From positions 307 through 64,306 of the IMG/VR virus record IMGVR_UViG_3300049063_000065: a DNA stretch of 64,000 nucleotides; one strand, given 5' to 3'. Under the pieces are notes generated by a model. It made no database searches and was not told the DNA's origin. It saw only the letters and a program-made list of their open reading frames with translations. Below are positions 27,043 to 36,402 of the stretch, piece by piece. The position numbers and the translations under genes were made by a program. This DNA is from a virus. Position 1 is the first letter of the stretch. Every line of letters starts with the position of its first letter.

Positions 27043-28755
27043 ATGGACCTGCAACTCGCAATCAATGCCGCCACGCCCGGCGCAACAATTCAGATTCCCG
27101 ACAACGAGCGCTGCGTTGGTAACTTTGTAATCGACAAGGCGCTCACGATCATCGGTGGCGTGGACAGTAAAATCCTCGCTGCGATGGGAAACGAATTTCC
27201 CGCGATCTATGTCCCGCCGGGCACTGGGCCTGTGGTGCTGCGCAAGCTGAACATCACCGTGCAGGATTCGGTAATGAAGATTGGCGACATTATTCGCTTT
27301 GGCGGGGCGACTCTCGACACTGGGCAAATCTCCGCAGATAAGTGCCCGCAAGGGCTGTGGCTGGATGGGTGCGATGTCTTCGGCAGGCCGAACCTGGAGT
27401 CACAGCGTGGAATCTCAGCTAATGGATTGAACCTCAAGATCACCAAGTCCAAAGTGCGCGAGATTCACGCCAGAGGCTACGACACTCAGGCGGTGTGTTC
27501 GTGGAATGGCCCTGGTCCTTTTACTTTCGAGGACTCGTACTTTGAGGCAGCGGGCGAGAACGTGATGTTTGGTGGCTCGCCTCCTATTATTTCCGGTCTT
27601 ATCCATCAGAATATCGTTATCCGGCGCTGCGTCTTTTTCAAGCCACAATCATGGCGCGGCGTATGGACCGTGAAGAACCTGTTCGAGCTGAAGAACGCGC
27701 GTAACGTGCTGGTAGACGGTTGCGTGTTTGATGGCTGCTGGACCGACGCGCAGACCGGACGGGCGCTGCAATTCACTCCTCGACCGAGTGACTCAGGGCT
27801 GGCGGCACTAATCGAGGATGTGCAGTTTCTCAATAGTGTAATTCGCAACACCGGAGCAGGGGCGAATATCCTTGGGGCCGATGAATCAAACAACGGGACC
27901 GTGCCGACTGATACACGATTGAAACGGCTACGCATTGCGAATTGCGTGTTTGAGATCGACGGGGCGAAGTTCGGTAGCGATGGCGTGTTTCTGGTAATCA
28001 CCAACAAGACCGAGGACGTGACAGTCGAAAACTGCACGGTTGTTCATACCGGAAATGTAATCTCATCGGACTACGCGCCGAACACGGGATTCGTCTATCG
28101 CAGTAACATCTCCCGTCACAACACCTATGGCGTGTTTGGAAGCGGAATGTCCACGGGAAATCCGTCGCTCCAGCAATACTTCCCCGGCGCGGTGTTCACA
28201 GGGAATGTGATGACTAAGGAAGGCGTAGCGCCGTCGAACGTCGAGACGCTGTATCCGACTGGTAACTTCTTCCCGACGTCACTGGCCGAGGTGGGATTTG
28301 TCGATCTCGCTGCCGGGGATTACCACTTGATAGATTCTAGTCCGTACAAGGGCGCGGGAGCTGATATTGAGGCGATTAAGGCGGCGCAGGGCGGAACTAC
28401 GACAACGCCATTACCGACGCCGCCACCTCCTGCGCCTGAACCGACGCCTACGCCCATTCCTGAACCAACTCCCGCGCCACCTCCCGCTCCTTGCGCAATG
28501 ACCATCAGCGTCGTTCCTCCAGTGCTGACCCAGTGGGGAACCGGGAAGCTGGTCGTCACCCTGACTGGATTGACTGACTCGGCGACCGTGCGCGCAACGG
28601 CAAGCTCCGGTCAGATCACCGTTACACCGGCATCGAAATCCGTCACCGGGACCAGCGCTATTATCGAGTTCCGGTTACAAGCCAAGAAGAAGTCCAGTAG
28701 TATTACGATTACTGGCCCATGTGGGACGCAGATCGTTCCCGTCCCGGTCAAATAA
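27043..28755 (+). CDS. Right-handed beta-helix (pectate-lyase-like) protein with Pro/Thr linker and C-terminal Ig-like domain
   Basis: DLQLAINAATPGATI, WNGPGPF, EAAGENVMFGG, VKNLFELKNAR, GDYHLIDSSPY; PTPPPPAPEPTPTP linker. Confidence 0.8.
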   Translation: MDLQLAINAATPGATIQIPDNERCVGNFVIDKALTIIGGVDSKILAAMGNEFPAIYVPPGTGPVVLRKLNITVQDSVMKIGDIIRFGGATLDTGQISADKCPQGLWLDGCDVFGRPNLESQRGISANGLNLKITKSKVREIHARGYDTQAVCSWNGPGPFTFEDSYFEAAGENVMFGGSPPIISGLIHQNIVIRRCVFFKPQSWRGVWTVKNLFELKNARNVLVDGCVFDGCWTDAQTGRALQFTPRPSDSGLAALIEDVQFLNSVIRNTGAGANILGADESNNGTVPTDTRLKRLRIANCVFEIDGAKFGSDGVFLVITNKTEDVTVENCTVVHTGNVISSDYAPNTGFVYRSNISRHNTYGVFGSGMSTGNPSLQQYFPGAVFTGNVMTKEGVAPSNVETLYPTGNFFPTSLAEVGFVDLAAGDYHLIDSSPYKGAGADIEAIKAAQGGTTTTPLPTPPPPAPEPTPTPIPEPTPAPPPAPCAMTISVVPPVLTQWGTGKLVVTLTGLTDSATVRATASSGQITVTPASKSVTGTSAIIEFRLQAKKKSSSITITGPCGTQIVPVPVK

Positions 28756-28841
28756 GCTGCCGTATTAGTTTTCCGGCACGATTACGACAAACATGGTAAA
28801 CTCTGTTGGTCTAAGGCAGTCCTGCCAATGAAGGAGCTTAA

Positions 28842-29363
28842 ATGAACCGACGCGAGATGATGACGACTACGGTGCTGGGCGCGGCTGGTTTCGCTACCGG
28901 GACAGCGTTCACTGCTCCGGCGTGTCCAGGTGGCGTCTCCAAGGAGAAAGCAGTCAAGGTTGCGACGCTGGTGATCGAACTTAGCGAACAGGCCGTGCCA
29001 CTGCTGGATCTCCTCGGCGCGCACGACATCGCCATCACCGTTGACGCTAAGGTTATTCCCGCGCTAGAGAAGTTGAAAGACGCGCTGGCTAACGCCGACA
29101 TCCCATCGTCACAGTCGATGTTGGCTAACGTGCGAAGCGTGCTGAGTGGCGTAGCAAAGGCACTCTCGAATCTACCTGAAAGTCCGCGCGTAATCACCGT
29201 CATGGGCATTCTCGCGTCGGTGAACATCATGCTCCTGACCGTGGAAGCGTTCATCGATTCGGAGACGCCGGTAACTGGACCCCCTCCTGGAGCAGCAGGC
29301 GCACCGAAATCACGGCCTCACATTGAGGCGATCAAGCGTGTGTTTGAGGCATCGAGACAGTAG
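28842..29363 (+). CDS. Putative Tat-exported lipoprotein
   Basis: MNRREMM twin-arginine start, hydrophobic stretch, APAC lipobox-like site; SD aaggag. Confidence 0.6.
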   Translation: MNRREMMTTTVLGAAGFATGTAFTAPACPGGVSKEKAVKVATLVIELSEQAVPLLDLLGAHDIAITVDAKVIPALEKLKDALANADIPSSQSMLANVRSVLSGVAKALSNLPESPRVITVMGILASVNIMLLTVEAFIDSETPVTGPPPGAAGAPKSRPHIEAIKRVFEASRQ

Positions 29364-29369
29364 GCGAGG

Positions 29370-29627
29370 ATGACGCTGATGGCATGGCTAAGAACAGAGC
29401 GCGTGGTTCACGATGTTGACAAGGGGAGTAATCTCGACCTGCTGGTGCGCGGGTTTCACGGGATCGGAAACCGGCTCGTGGACGCGATAGGTGGAGGATT
29501 ACAAGCAATCGCCCTCGCTCTCTCAACGCCGCAGGACAACTCGCAGCAAGTGCAGGAAGTAATCGATCGTATTCACAACGTGCGCAATAACCTTCAATCG
29601 GCAATTGATCAATCTAAGGAGAAATAA
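29370..29627 (+). CDS. Hypothetical coiled-coil protein
   Basis: 85 aa; SD gagg. Confidence 0.55.
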   Translation: MTLMAWLRTERVVHDVDKGSNLDLLVRGFHGIGNRLVDAIGGGLQAIALALSTPQDNSQQVQEVIDRIHNVRNNLQSAIDQSKEK

Positions 29628-29629
29628 CG

Positions 29630-29857
29630 ATGGCTAATTTCGATGAACTGAACGCCGAGGTATCCAACCTGACCTCGGTAGTAGATTCGGCAGTGGCGTT
29701 AATCAACGGTATCGCGGCAAAGATCGAAGCGGCAGTGGCGGCGAATGACGCGGGCGACAACTCGCAACTGATATCACTGGCGTCTTCAGTGCGCGCACAG
29801 GCGGATGGATTGGCGGCGGCAGTCGCGGCGAATACTCCAGCCGAACCGACCCCGTAG
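29630..29857 (+). CDS. Ala-rich coiled-coil protein
   Basis: 75 aa; SD aaggag; ends AVAANTPAEPTP. Confidence 0.65.
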   Translation: MANFDELNAEVSNLTSVVDSAVALINGIAAKIEAAVAANDAGDNSQLISLASSVRAQADGLAAAVAANTPAEPTP

Positions 29858-29868
29858 GAGCGCTCTCA

Positions 29869-30030
29869 ATGGCAATCGTAATCAATGGCAAAACCTACCA
29901 GTCGTCAAGCGTGGGATTCATTCTCGTGCTGCTCGTACTTGTGAGTTGTCTGGTGTTGTGGCTGTTAGGGCGGGGTGATTTCACTCTCGCCTTGATAGCC
30001 GCACTGGCGCTCGCGTGGTTGATAGGCTAG
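29869..30030 (+). CDS. 53-aa two-TM membrane protein (holin candidate; not in track)
   Basis: Translated by hand: MAIVINGKTYQSSSVGFILVLLVLVSCLVLWLLGRGDFTLALIAALALAWLIG; SD aggag. Confidence 0.6.
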   Translation: MAIVINGKTYQSSSVGFILVLLVLVSCLVLWLLGRGDFTLALIAALALAWLIG

Positions 30031-30043
30031 TTCTCGCAGATGA

Positions 30044-30334
30044 ATGCTCGCGTTACTCCAATCCGAGTGGGAACCAATCCTGAAACTCTACGGACCTCTC
30101 GGGGTTGTGTTCCTACTCGCGGTAATGGGGTTCATCGGTGGCGCGCGGTGGTTAAAGTCGTTCATCACCGACACCCTAGCTGACGCGCGCAGGGATCGAG
30201 ACGCGGCGCGCTTGGCAACCGAGACACAGGCTAATCGATTTCTCGACTCGCTTACCAAGCGCGATGAGATTATGGAAAAGGGATTCGATGAAATCCTTTA
30301 CGAGATCCGAAACCAACACCCCCGACGTAAATGA
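30044..30334 (+). CDS. Membrane protein (1 TM + coiled coil), holin-like
   Basis: YGPLGVVFLLAVMGFIGG followed by a charged helix. Confidence 0.55.
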   Translation: MLALLQSEWEPILKLYGPLGVVFLLAVMGFIGGARWLKSFITDTLADARRDRDAARLATETQANRFLDSLTKRDEIMEKGFDEILYEIRNQHPRRK

Positions 30335-30873
30335 GAACCGCAGCCACACTGTTCTTTATAGTTGTCTGGTTCGTTCATCTCATCGTCGGAATCGGAGCCG
30401 GATACGCGGCGCTTCGCCTATGGTATTCGCGACACCATCCACTAATCAAATGGGTAGGTCTGTACATGAACGCGTTCATCGTCGAGGTACTAAGCACGAT
30501 AGCGCTGCTGTTTGTCGCGCGCGGCGTAACTTTAACGTGGAAGTTCTCGTCAGTACTATTTGTCAGCGCATTGCTCGGCGACTTACTGCGAGCGCCTTTA
30601 ATCCTCTATCTAATTAGAGGACCAGCAAAGGAGCCGTTACTACCACGCTCGGCGGAGACAAGTGGAGGAATGCCGCCCCAATTCTGGCTAGATGCTTTTA
30701 GAGTAATAGTGAGAGAGGAAATCGCTGAGATGACACCTAATGATAAAGACAAGGATCGACCGGATAAACCAGCACCGCCGCAGCGTGAACCGAAACCTGC
30801 TCCCCGGCCCAAACCGCAAGATGACCCTCAAACACCCCTACCGCCGGGCGACGTTCCCGGCCCAGGCCGCTAA
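30331..30873 (+). CDS. Multi-TM membrane protein with Pro-rich C-terminus
   Basis: Three hydrophobic segments; tail KPAPPQREPKPAPRPKP. Confidence 0.6.
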   Translation: MRTAATLFFIVVWFVHLIVGIGAGYAALRLWYSRHHPLIKWVGLYMNAFIVEVLSTIALLFVARGVTLTWKFSSVLFVSALLGDLLRAPLILYLIRGPAKEPLLPRSAETSGGMPPQFWLDAFRVIVREEIAEMTPNDKDKDRPDKPAPPQREPKPAPRPKPQDDPQTPLPPGDVPGPGR

Positions 30874-30889
30874 AGCAAAAGAACAGCCC

Positions 30890-31324
30890 ATGCTGGACGA
30901 TGAAATCAGAACTGCGTACATAGCCTTCCAGACGAAATCACTGGACGATGATCCTCACGTGCCGCGACTCGTGAAGTGGCTACTGAGGCGCGTCTATCAC
31001 CGTTACGGCTGGACGGCGATGGATCACGATGGCAAGAGCTATTCCAAATGGGCCTTCCTTGGGATCTTCGACACTGCAACAGGCGCTCGATGGGCGGCAA
31101 TGGTTCCCGGCGGCTCTTGGATGGAACTACCGCTGAATGAGTCGCTACCAGAAGAGACAAGCCAGTTTCGCGTTCACGATTTCCCGTGCTCGTCCGTGTC
31201 GGTGGAGTACCGTAATCGCAAACTTCCTTATGTTGCTATTGCCCGTCAACAGCTAGATGAACTTGAAACGAAGATCAATCAGACCGCTGACTGTGCTGAG
31301 GGTCGCTGTGCGAAAGTTGTATGA
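30890..31324 (+). CDS. Hypothetical protein
   Basis: Likely ATG 30890 (MLDDEIR) within track ORF 30740..31324. Confidence 0.55.
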   Translation: MLDDEIRTAYIAFQTKSLDDDPHVPRLVKWLLRRVYHRYGWTAMDHDGKSYSKWAFLGIFDTATGARWAAMVPGGSWMELPLNESLPEETSQFRVHDFPCSSVSVEYRNRKLPYVAIARQQLDELETKINQTADCAEGRCAKVV

Positions 31325-31327
31325 ACG

Positions 31328-31756
31328 ATGCAGGAATCCCCCGCGTGGCCTCACTGGATACAAACCGCCCTCGGCTGGCTTGCTCCAGTCGTTGCAGGCG
31401 GGGCTATCCACAGACTTGTCACCACTTGGCTAAATCGTCATAAACCCGCCGCTGAGGTTCACGTAACAGAAGCTACCGCTGCTGAAATTACCGTTCGTGC
31501 CGGTTCTAGCGCCGGAGACGCCGTGATGCGTATGATGGATCGACTGGACGCTGCGCAGTTGACGATCGACAGGTTGAGAACCGAGCGCGATGACTGGCGA
31601 ATGAAGGCGTTAAGCGCGGGAGACGACGCGAAGGCGTCTCAATTATTTACGGACCAATTGACTGCTGCCGGGAAGCTGACCGTTTGCGAGCACTATCCGA
31701 ACGGAGTGCGACTAAGCGATTACTTGCCGCATCAGTTAAATCCACCTAAGTCCTGA
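31328..31756 (+). CDS. Membrane-anchored coiled-coil protein
   Basis: N-terminal hydrophobic segment followed by a coiled coil. Confidence 0.6.
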   Translation: MQESPAWPHWIQTALGWLAPVVAGGAIHRLVTTWLNRHKPAAEVHVTEATAAEITVRAGSSAGDAVMRMMDRLDAAQLTIDRLRTERDDWRMKALSAGDDAKASQLFTDQLTAAGKLTVCEHYPNGVRLSDYLPHQLNPPKS

Positions 31757-31764
31757 ATAGACAT

Positions 31765-31808
31765 AAAAGAGACGACGCCCGCCTCCCACGGTTGACGCCG
31801 CCTCTTTT
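31765..31808. terminator. Intrinsic terminator at the late/early convergence (possibly bidirectional)
   Basis: aaaagag...ctctttt ends; the minus-strand stem gaggcggcgtc/ggcgtcgtctc pairs with G-U. Confidence 0.7.
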
Positions 31809-31893
31809 ACGGGGTAGCTCTCCACCTGCTTCCCGCGTCCTGCGCAATTAAGCCATGCCGCTGGCCCGCAGTCACGACCACCCACTGTCCGGG

Positions 31894-32202
31894 TTAGTTA
31901 TTAATCGGACACCCATGCGCGCCCATGCAGCCCTGGTAGAGATGAACGGCATGCGCCACGCAAGATTGAAACTGGTCCGGCGTGATGTCGCTGCCGTAGA
32001 CCAGCACGCAGGTTGACATGTCCGCGTCCGCGAAAGCTTCGCAGGCCGCGTTGGCCTGGTCGCAGGGAATCGAAGAAGTTGCTGTTGAGGGGGCTGGCGG
32101 CAGCGCTAAAACCGCCACTGCTAGAACCGTGAGTATTAGTAAGCGAGTCTTCACTGTGATCTCCTTAGTTGATAGTTGATTAGGCTGACTGATTAGTTTC
32201 AC
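31894..32202 (-). CDS. Secreted small protein with 6 Cys
   Basis: Signal-peptide-like KTRLLILTVLAVAVLALPPA; probable internal GTG start after aaggag. Confidence 0.7.
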   Translation of the reverse strand: MKLISQPNQLSTKEITVKTRLLILTVLAVAVLALPPAPSTATSSIPCDQANAACEAFADADMSTCVLVYGSDITPDQFQSCVAHAVHLYQGCMGAHGCPINN

Positions 32203-32451
32203 CCGCCTTGTTCGTCTGCGCGAGAAGCGCCCACCCCGCCAGTTCCATCATCGTCCCTTCCGAGTGCTAGTCGCCATTCGACGATGATCACCTCTCCGCG
32301 ACGGAGTGAGAAGTCGTAAGATCGTATACGTTCAGCGCTTGGCACGTCTCAACTCTTCCGATCGATTACCGTCCACTGTGACCTCTTCGACCGTCGATTG
32401 GCCCAGTGCCTACTTAGTCGTCCTCTCAGTATTATCGGCAATAATCGTAGC

Positions 32452-32724
32452 TTAGTGACTGAGCGGGCAGTCCGGGTACGAATGATCCATGCAAAACCAG
32501 TAGCACGTATACTGAACCGGACCGTAGCAGTAGGCGAACCCTCCGCCGTTATTGATGCACGGCTGGGCGTAGCCGTAAATGCAGGTGTCCCAGCAGGTAA
32601 CGTTACCTGTCTCGCAGTAGGCGTCCACAGATGCCCGTCCCGGCAGCGCGCTGACAGTTAAAGCGATACCTAGGACGAGCAGTGTCAGTAGCTTGCGTAA
32701 TAGTGATTGTCGTTGTTGTTTCAT
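32452..32724 (-). CDS. Secreted small protein with 8 Cys
   Basis: Signal peptide RKLLTLLVLGIALTVSALPGRAS; SD aaggaggt. Confidence 0.75.
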   Translation of the reverse strand: MKQQRQSLLRKLLTLLVLGIALTVSALPGRASVDAYCETGNVTCWDTCIYGYAQPCINNGGGFAYCYGPVQYTCYWFCMDHSYPDCPLSH

Positions 32725-32751
32725 TGAGCGACCTCCTTCTCCTTTTGCGGT

Positions 32752-33102
32752 TTAGTCTTTCTCTCTCTCCTGTACGGGCAGTCTTACTCCTCGCCGCACC
32801 TCCCAATCCAACCTCTCCCTCGTCCCTAATCGGGGCACAGAGAGCCTCTCTCGGTCAGGAAGCGTGCCCAGGGCGATGGTTAGGGCGGTATAGAGTCGCC
32901 TGTCGTCATCATTCCACGTCCCCGCTAGTCGCTTGGCCTCAATTGCGTCGTAGAGTCGCTGGGAGTCGTCTAGGCGCGCGAACTGAGTGTCAGTGTCGCT
33001 GAAGACGAGGGCGACGAGGTGCGAGGGTGGGAGCGGGGAAGCGTTGACTGATTGCCGTGGTGATTGCGCAAGGGCGATCAATAGGGTTAGCTCGATGAGC
33101 AC
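32752..33102 (-). CDS. Hypothetical, possibly exported protein
   Basis: Hydrophobic N-terminus; SD aaggag. Confidence 0.55.
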   Translation of the reverse strand: MLIELTLLIALAQSPRQSVNASPLPPSHLVALVFSDTDTQFARLDDSQRLYDAIEAKRLAGTWNDDDRRLYTALTIALGTLPDRERLSVPRLGTRERLDWEVRRGVRLPVQEREKD

Positions 33103-33590
33103 TTGGGGTCTCCTTCATTATCGTCCGATTTCGCGGTCAATACGTCTAGCTCCTCTTGCCACTCCTTGACCATCAACTCATACAGAGCAACCTTCGCGCG
33201 GTAGTAGTTAATCGCCGTCCGAGCCCATTCCTGCTGCCGTGGTAAGTTGATCATTATCGTTCACTGTCATCGTAAACCGCTGCATCGTTCAGGTGTTCGT
33301 CAAACTTTTTGCCCGCGTCTTCCCACGAAGCGCCAATACATTCTTCGCCGCATGTGCATCGGAGGCAGCAACTGCCCTGACTGTCGGCAATTTCAACGTC
33401 GTGAAAACTCATCCCACCCTCCAAACTCTCTCCCGCGTTTCAGTTCTATCAAACAACGCCCATCCCGCCACAACCGCAATCGATACTATGCGATTATCGG
33501 GTTGTAACCGTCGCAATAACTCCTCCCGCCGCAACTCGCAGGCAAGACAGTAGCGGTAGTAGGAAGTGTCGCAGTTGGGACAGAAGGGCA

Positions 33591-33866
33591 TCAGGCAGTC
33601 TCCACGTTCACGGGTTGAGTAGCCGCCGGATCAACATCCTTGCTGAGACTGCTTAGGAATCCGCCACCCGCGATCATTGTAAACGTGATCCGGTGTCCGT
33701 CTCGCGTCCAGATGCACTTACGGTTGTTACTGAGCACGCCCGCACCTTTAGATAGATCGGCATCACCAAGACGAACGACCATTGCTTCGATAGGCCGTAG
33801 CGTTCGTGCGAGCATATCCAGATTCGCCTGTGTCAACGGTTCACGCTTTAGAACTTCGTCAAACAT
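33591..33866 (-). CDS. Hypothetical protein
   Basis: Part of a stop/start-coupled minus-strand chain. Confidence 0.55.
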   Translation of the reverse strand: MFDEVLKREPLTQANLDMLARTLRPIEAMVVRLGDADLSKGAGVLSNNRKCIWTRDGHRITFTMIAGGGFLSSLSKDVDPAATQPVNVETA

Positions 33867-34066
33867 TATGCGCCTCCTGTAATCTCCCTATCCTGCACCC
33901 TCGGCATCACTTCCTCCAACTTCCGCTTCAGTACCGAGATCGTCAGTAGCACTTCCTTGCGCTCCGGCTCAGTCAGATAAGTGAAAGTGCTCGTCATTGG
34001 CTCAAATACCGTGAGCCCAGTGTAAAAGCCCAGTAGAAAGTTATATTCAGTCTTTGGCAGTTCCAT
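33866..34066 (-). CDS. Hypothetical protein
   Basis: Part of the same coupled chain. Confidence 0.55.
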   Translation of the reverse strand: MELPKTEYNFLLGFYTGLTVFEPMTSTFTYLTEPERKEVLLTISVLKRKLEEVMPRVQDREITGGA

Positions 34067-34286
34067 TAGTCGCCACTTTCTCCACCACTTGCAGGGCTTG
34101 GATTGCGCCTCGAATCGCGCCCATGTTCACCTTGACCGACTGCAACCTCTCGTACTCCTCGGCGGTGATCTCGTAAGTCGTGAAGCGCGCGTCGCAATTT
34201 CGACAGCGATGACGCCGTGAACGCCTGTGCTCCTCCTGGCGGGAGTCGATCACATATGCCTGGCGGTGACAGGAAGGGCATTGCAT
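34047..34286 (-). CDS. NrdR-like Zn-ribbon protein (no ATP-cone domain)
   Basis: MQCPSC...VIDSR...RRHRCRNCDARFTTYE. Confidence 0.75.
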   Translation of the reverse strand: MQCPSCHRQAYVIDSRQEEHRRSRRHRCRNCDARFTTYEITAEEYERLQSVKVNMGAIRGAIQALQVVEKVATNGTAKD

Positions 34287-34299
34287 TAGTCGTCCAGTC

Positions 34300-34896
34300 T
34301 CACTCGCTACTTCCTGCGCCCGCTGCAACTGAGACATTTTCCGAAGCGATCTCGGAACTCTGATCTGGCCCGTTCGTGGACGATCTCTCCGCCGCAGGTC
34401 GTGCAGAGGAAGACGAGACGAAAGGGTGGTGGCCTAGATAGCCAAGCGACTTGTCGTGAATCCCGTCACCTTCAGCGCCGAGACACGTCTTGCCGCCGTT
34501 GACGTAGGCACACTTCACTTCAGTCGCCTGTAGCTGCTGGGCTAAACTCTTGCTCAACGTGGTCTGCATGTCCACCGCCCGTGCTGACTTGTTCTCAATT
34601 TTCTCGATCTTCGCACTCGACGACTTCGGCAGCATGAACTCGTGATAGCCGGGAGCGTTGACGTCCTTATGCACCGCCGCCCGTCTCGTGTAATTGCAGG
34701 CGTCGCACTTCTCGATCTTGCGCGTTAACACCTCGGCTGGTTTCTTCTTTGTCGTCACTGTCTCGGGTTGTAACTCCTCGGCCAGCAGCTGGCGCTCACC
34801 CTCATTCATCGCGCGCAGGGTAGTAAGGAAGGCGGACTCGTCGTCGGAGAGTTGACGGAGTAGCGCGTAAGTCCTAAGTACATTGCGTAAGTTCAT
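34300..34896 (-). CDS. Hypothetical protein with two Cys/His motifs
   Basis: CDACNY...H...HEF and C...C...H...HHPF. Confidence 0.6.
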   Translation of the reverse strand: MNLRNVLRTYALLRQLSDDESAFLTTLRAMNEGERQLLAEELQPETVTTKKKPAEVLTRKIEKCDACNYTRRAAVHKDVNAPGYHEFMLPKSSSAKIEKIENKSARAVDMQTTLSKSLAQQLQATEVKCAYVNGGKTCLGAEGDGIHDKSLGYLGHHPFVSSSSARPAAERSSTNGPDQSSEIASENVSVAAGAGSSE

Positions 34897-35204
34897 TAAT
34901 CCTCACATCCTTTCAGCATCTTTTCGCACTGTCGGACAATCGCCAGTGCCTTCTCCGGTGTGTCGAAGTAGACAGCCTCGCGCGCCTTGGCTCGCAGTGC
35001 TTCGTTACGCTTTCCGGCCTGACATCGCAGTCGGCTTTCCTCTTTATCCCAACGCTCGACAATCTTCCGCGCCTGCTTGACCTCGGCAGGTTCGGGTCGC
35101 TCCTTGTAGCCGTTCATCTGGTACGATGACGGGATTCGTTGTAGTAGGTATTTCTGCTCGACGGTCAATTGTCGCCGTCCTGTTGATATTTGCTTACTTG
35201 CCAT
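34896..35204 (-). CDS. Hypothetical protein
   Basis: Coupled chain; SD aaggag. Confidence 0.55.
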   Translation of the reverse strand: MASKQISTGRRQLTVEQKYLLQRIPSSYQMNGYKERPEPAEVKQARKIVERWDKEESRLRCQAGKRNEALRAKAREAVYFDTPEKALAIVRQCEKMLKGCED

Positions 35205-35499
35205 CTGCTATCTCCTTCTGCCTCTTGGCAGCCCATTGTAAGAAGGCCTCCATCGTCCATTCTATTTGCACTTTTAGATCGCTGTCAGCGCCCGCTACTT
35301 CGTCGATATACTCGCGCATCAGCTCGCGCCACTGATCGTAATTGATAACGATCCCCGTGCGCGCCGGAAACTCGCGGAGGTTGGTGGGGCGAGGCTCGTG
35401 GTCGTGGTATTTCATCGCGGTATCGCCATCACCACAGGCTGAGCACGGGCCGCTGATTGGGCCTTTGTACGATTGTTGTATAGTAGTTGTCATTCGCAC
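35194..35499 (-). CDS. Hypothetical protein
   Basis: Coupled chain. Confidence 0.5.
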   Translation of the reverse strand: MRMTTTIQQSYKGPISGPCSACGDGDTAMKYHDHEPRPTNLREFPARTGIVINYDQWRELMREYIDEVAGADSDLKVQIEWTMEAFLQWAAKRQKEIADGK

Positions 35500-36038
35500 C
35501 CCTTCCCAACCTGTCCGTAGTCGCCCTTACCATCGTCGTAGGCGGTGAACTCTTTCCAGTGTCGCCAACCCGACGAGCACAAGAAACCCCAATCCCGCAC
35601 GACGCGGCCTGTCGTCACTAATGTCCAGCACGGCACTGGCCGATCCTTGTAATCACGCTTCAAGACAACTCGGTGTGCATGCGTTGCCGATCTGAAAGCT
35701 ATCGAAGGAGCGCCACGCTCAAAGAAGTAATCACCGGAAGAATTCGTAACTTCTCGATATTTCCCCCAGACCATGACGCTGACGAACCACCACGGATGAT
35801 CATGTAACGCCCGATCCTCATCGTCATGCAGGAACTTATGCAAGTAGACGTTGAGCCACGGGTTGCGCGGAATAACGTACCAGCGTAGCAAGTAACGATC
35901 TCCTATGATGAAGTGTGGCCCACCCATGAACCAACCTTTCGCCCACTGCCACAACGAGGCGCGTAAGCTGAATCCACTACCGCCAGATCGTGTTCCGTAC
36001 GTCATTGTTATCGCCTCGTGCTCTCCCGTCCGACACAC
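35490..36038 (-). CDS. Cupin-fold protein (HDHPW family)
   Basis: YLHKFLHDDEDRALHDHPWWF...HRV...WTLV...DWGF. Confidence 0.7.
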   Translation of the reverse strand: MCRTGEHEAITMTYGTRSGGSGFSLRASLWQWAKGWFMGGPHFIIGDRYLLRWYVIPRNPWLNVYLHKFLHDDEDRALHDHPWWFVSVMVWGKYREVTNSSGDYFFERGAPSIAFRSATHAHRVVLKRDYKDRPVPCWTLVTTGRVVRDWGFLCSSGWRHWKEFTAYDDGKGDYGQVGKGCE

Positions 36039-36039
36039 T

Positions 36040-36402
36040 TCAATCCGAGGATTCGATCAGCTCCCCACTGGTCGTCATTCCGCGCACGGTCGTTCTCGTA
36101 AAGAGGCGCGTCGGCAGCCTCAAACCTTCCAGCGTTTTCACTTCGAGCACGTGATTCTTCGTCCATCGCGCCTCCTTGACTGCAATTGGGTGCGGGAAGC
36201 CGTCAATCACCGCGTAGACCACTAATCCCGCTGCCCACGCCTTCTTGATTAGACTTGGCCCGAACTTAACCTTGCCATGATTCACCGGCCAGGGGTTTGC
36301 GCCGCCCGCGTGCGCGTAGTCGAACTCGTAGCTGACCTCGGTCGGAGCACTCACCTCGAAATCGCCGGGAGATTGGCGATTGGCCCAGTTCAAGCGCGGC
36401 AC
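36040..36402 (-). CDS. Hypothetical protein
   Basis: Abuts both neighbours. Confidence 0.5.
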   Translation of the reverse strand: MPRLNWANRQSPGDFEVSAPTEVSYEFDYAHAGGANPWPVNHGKVKFGPSLIKKAWAAGLVVYAVIDGFPHPIAVKEARWTKNHVLEVKTLEGLRLPTRLFTRTTVRGMTTSGELIESSD

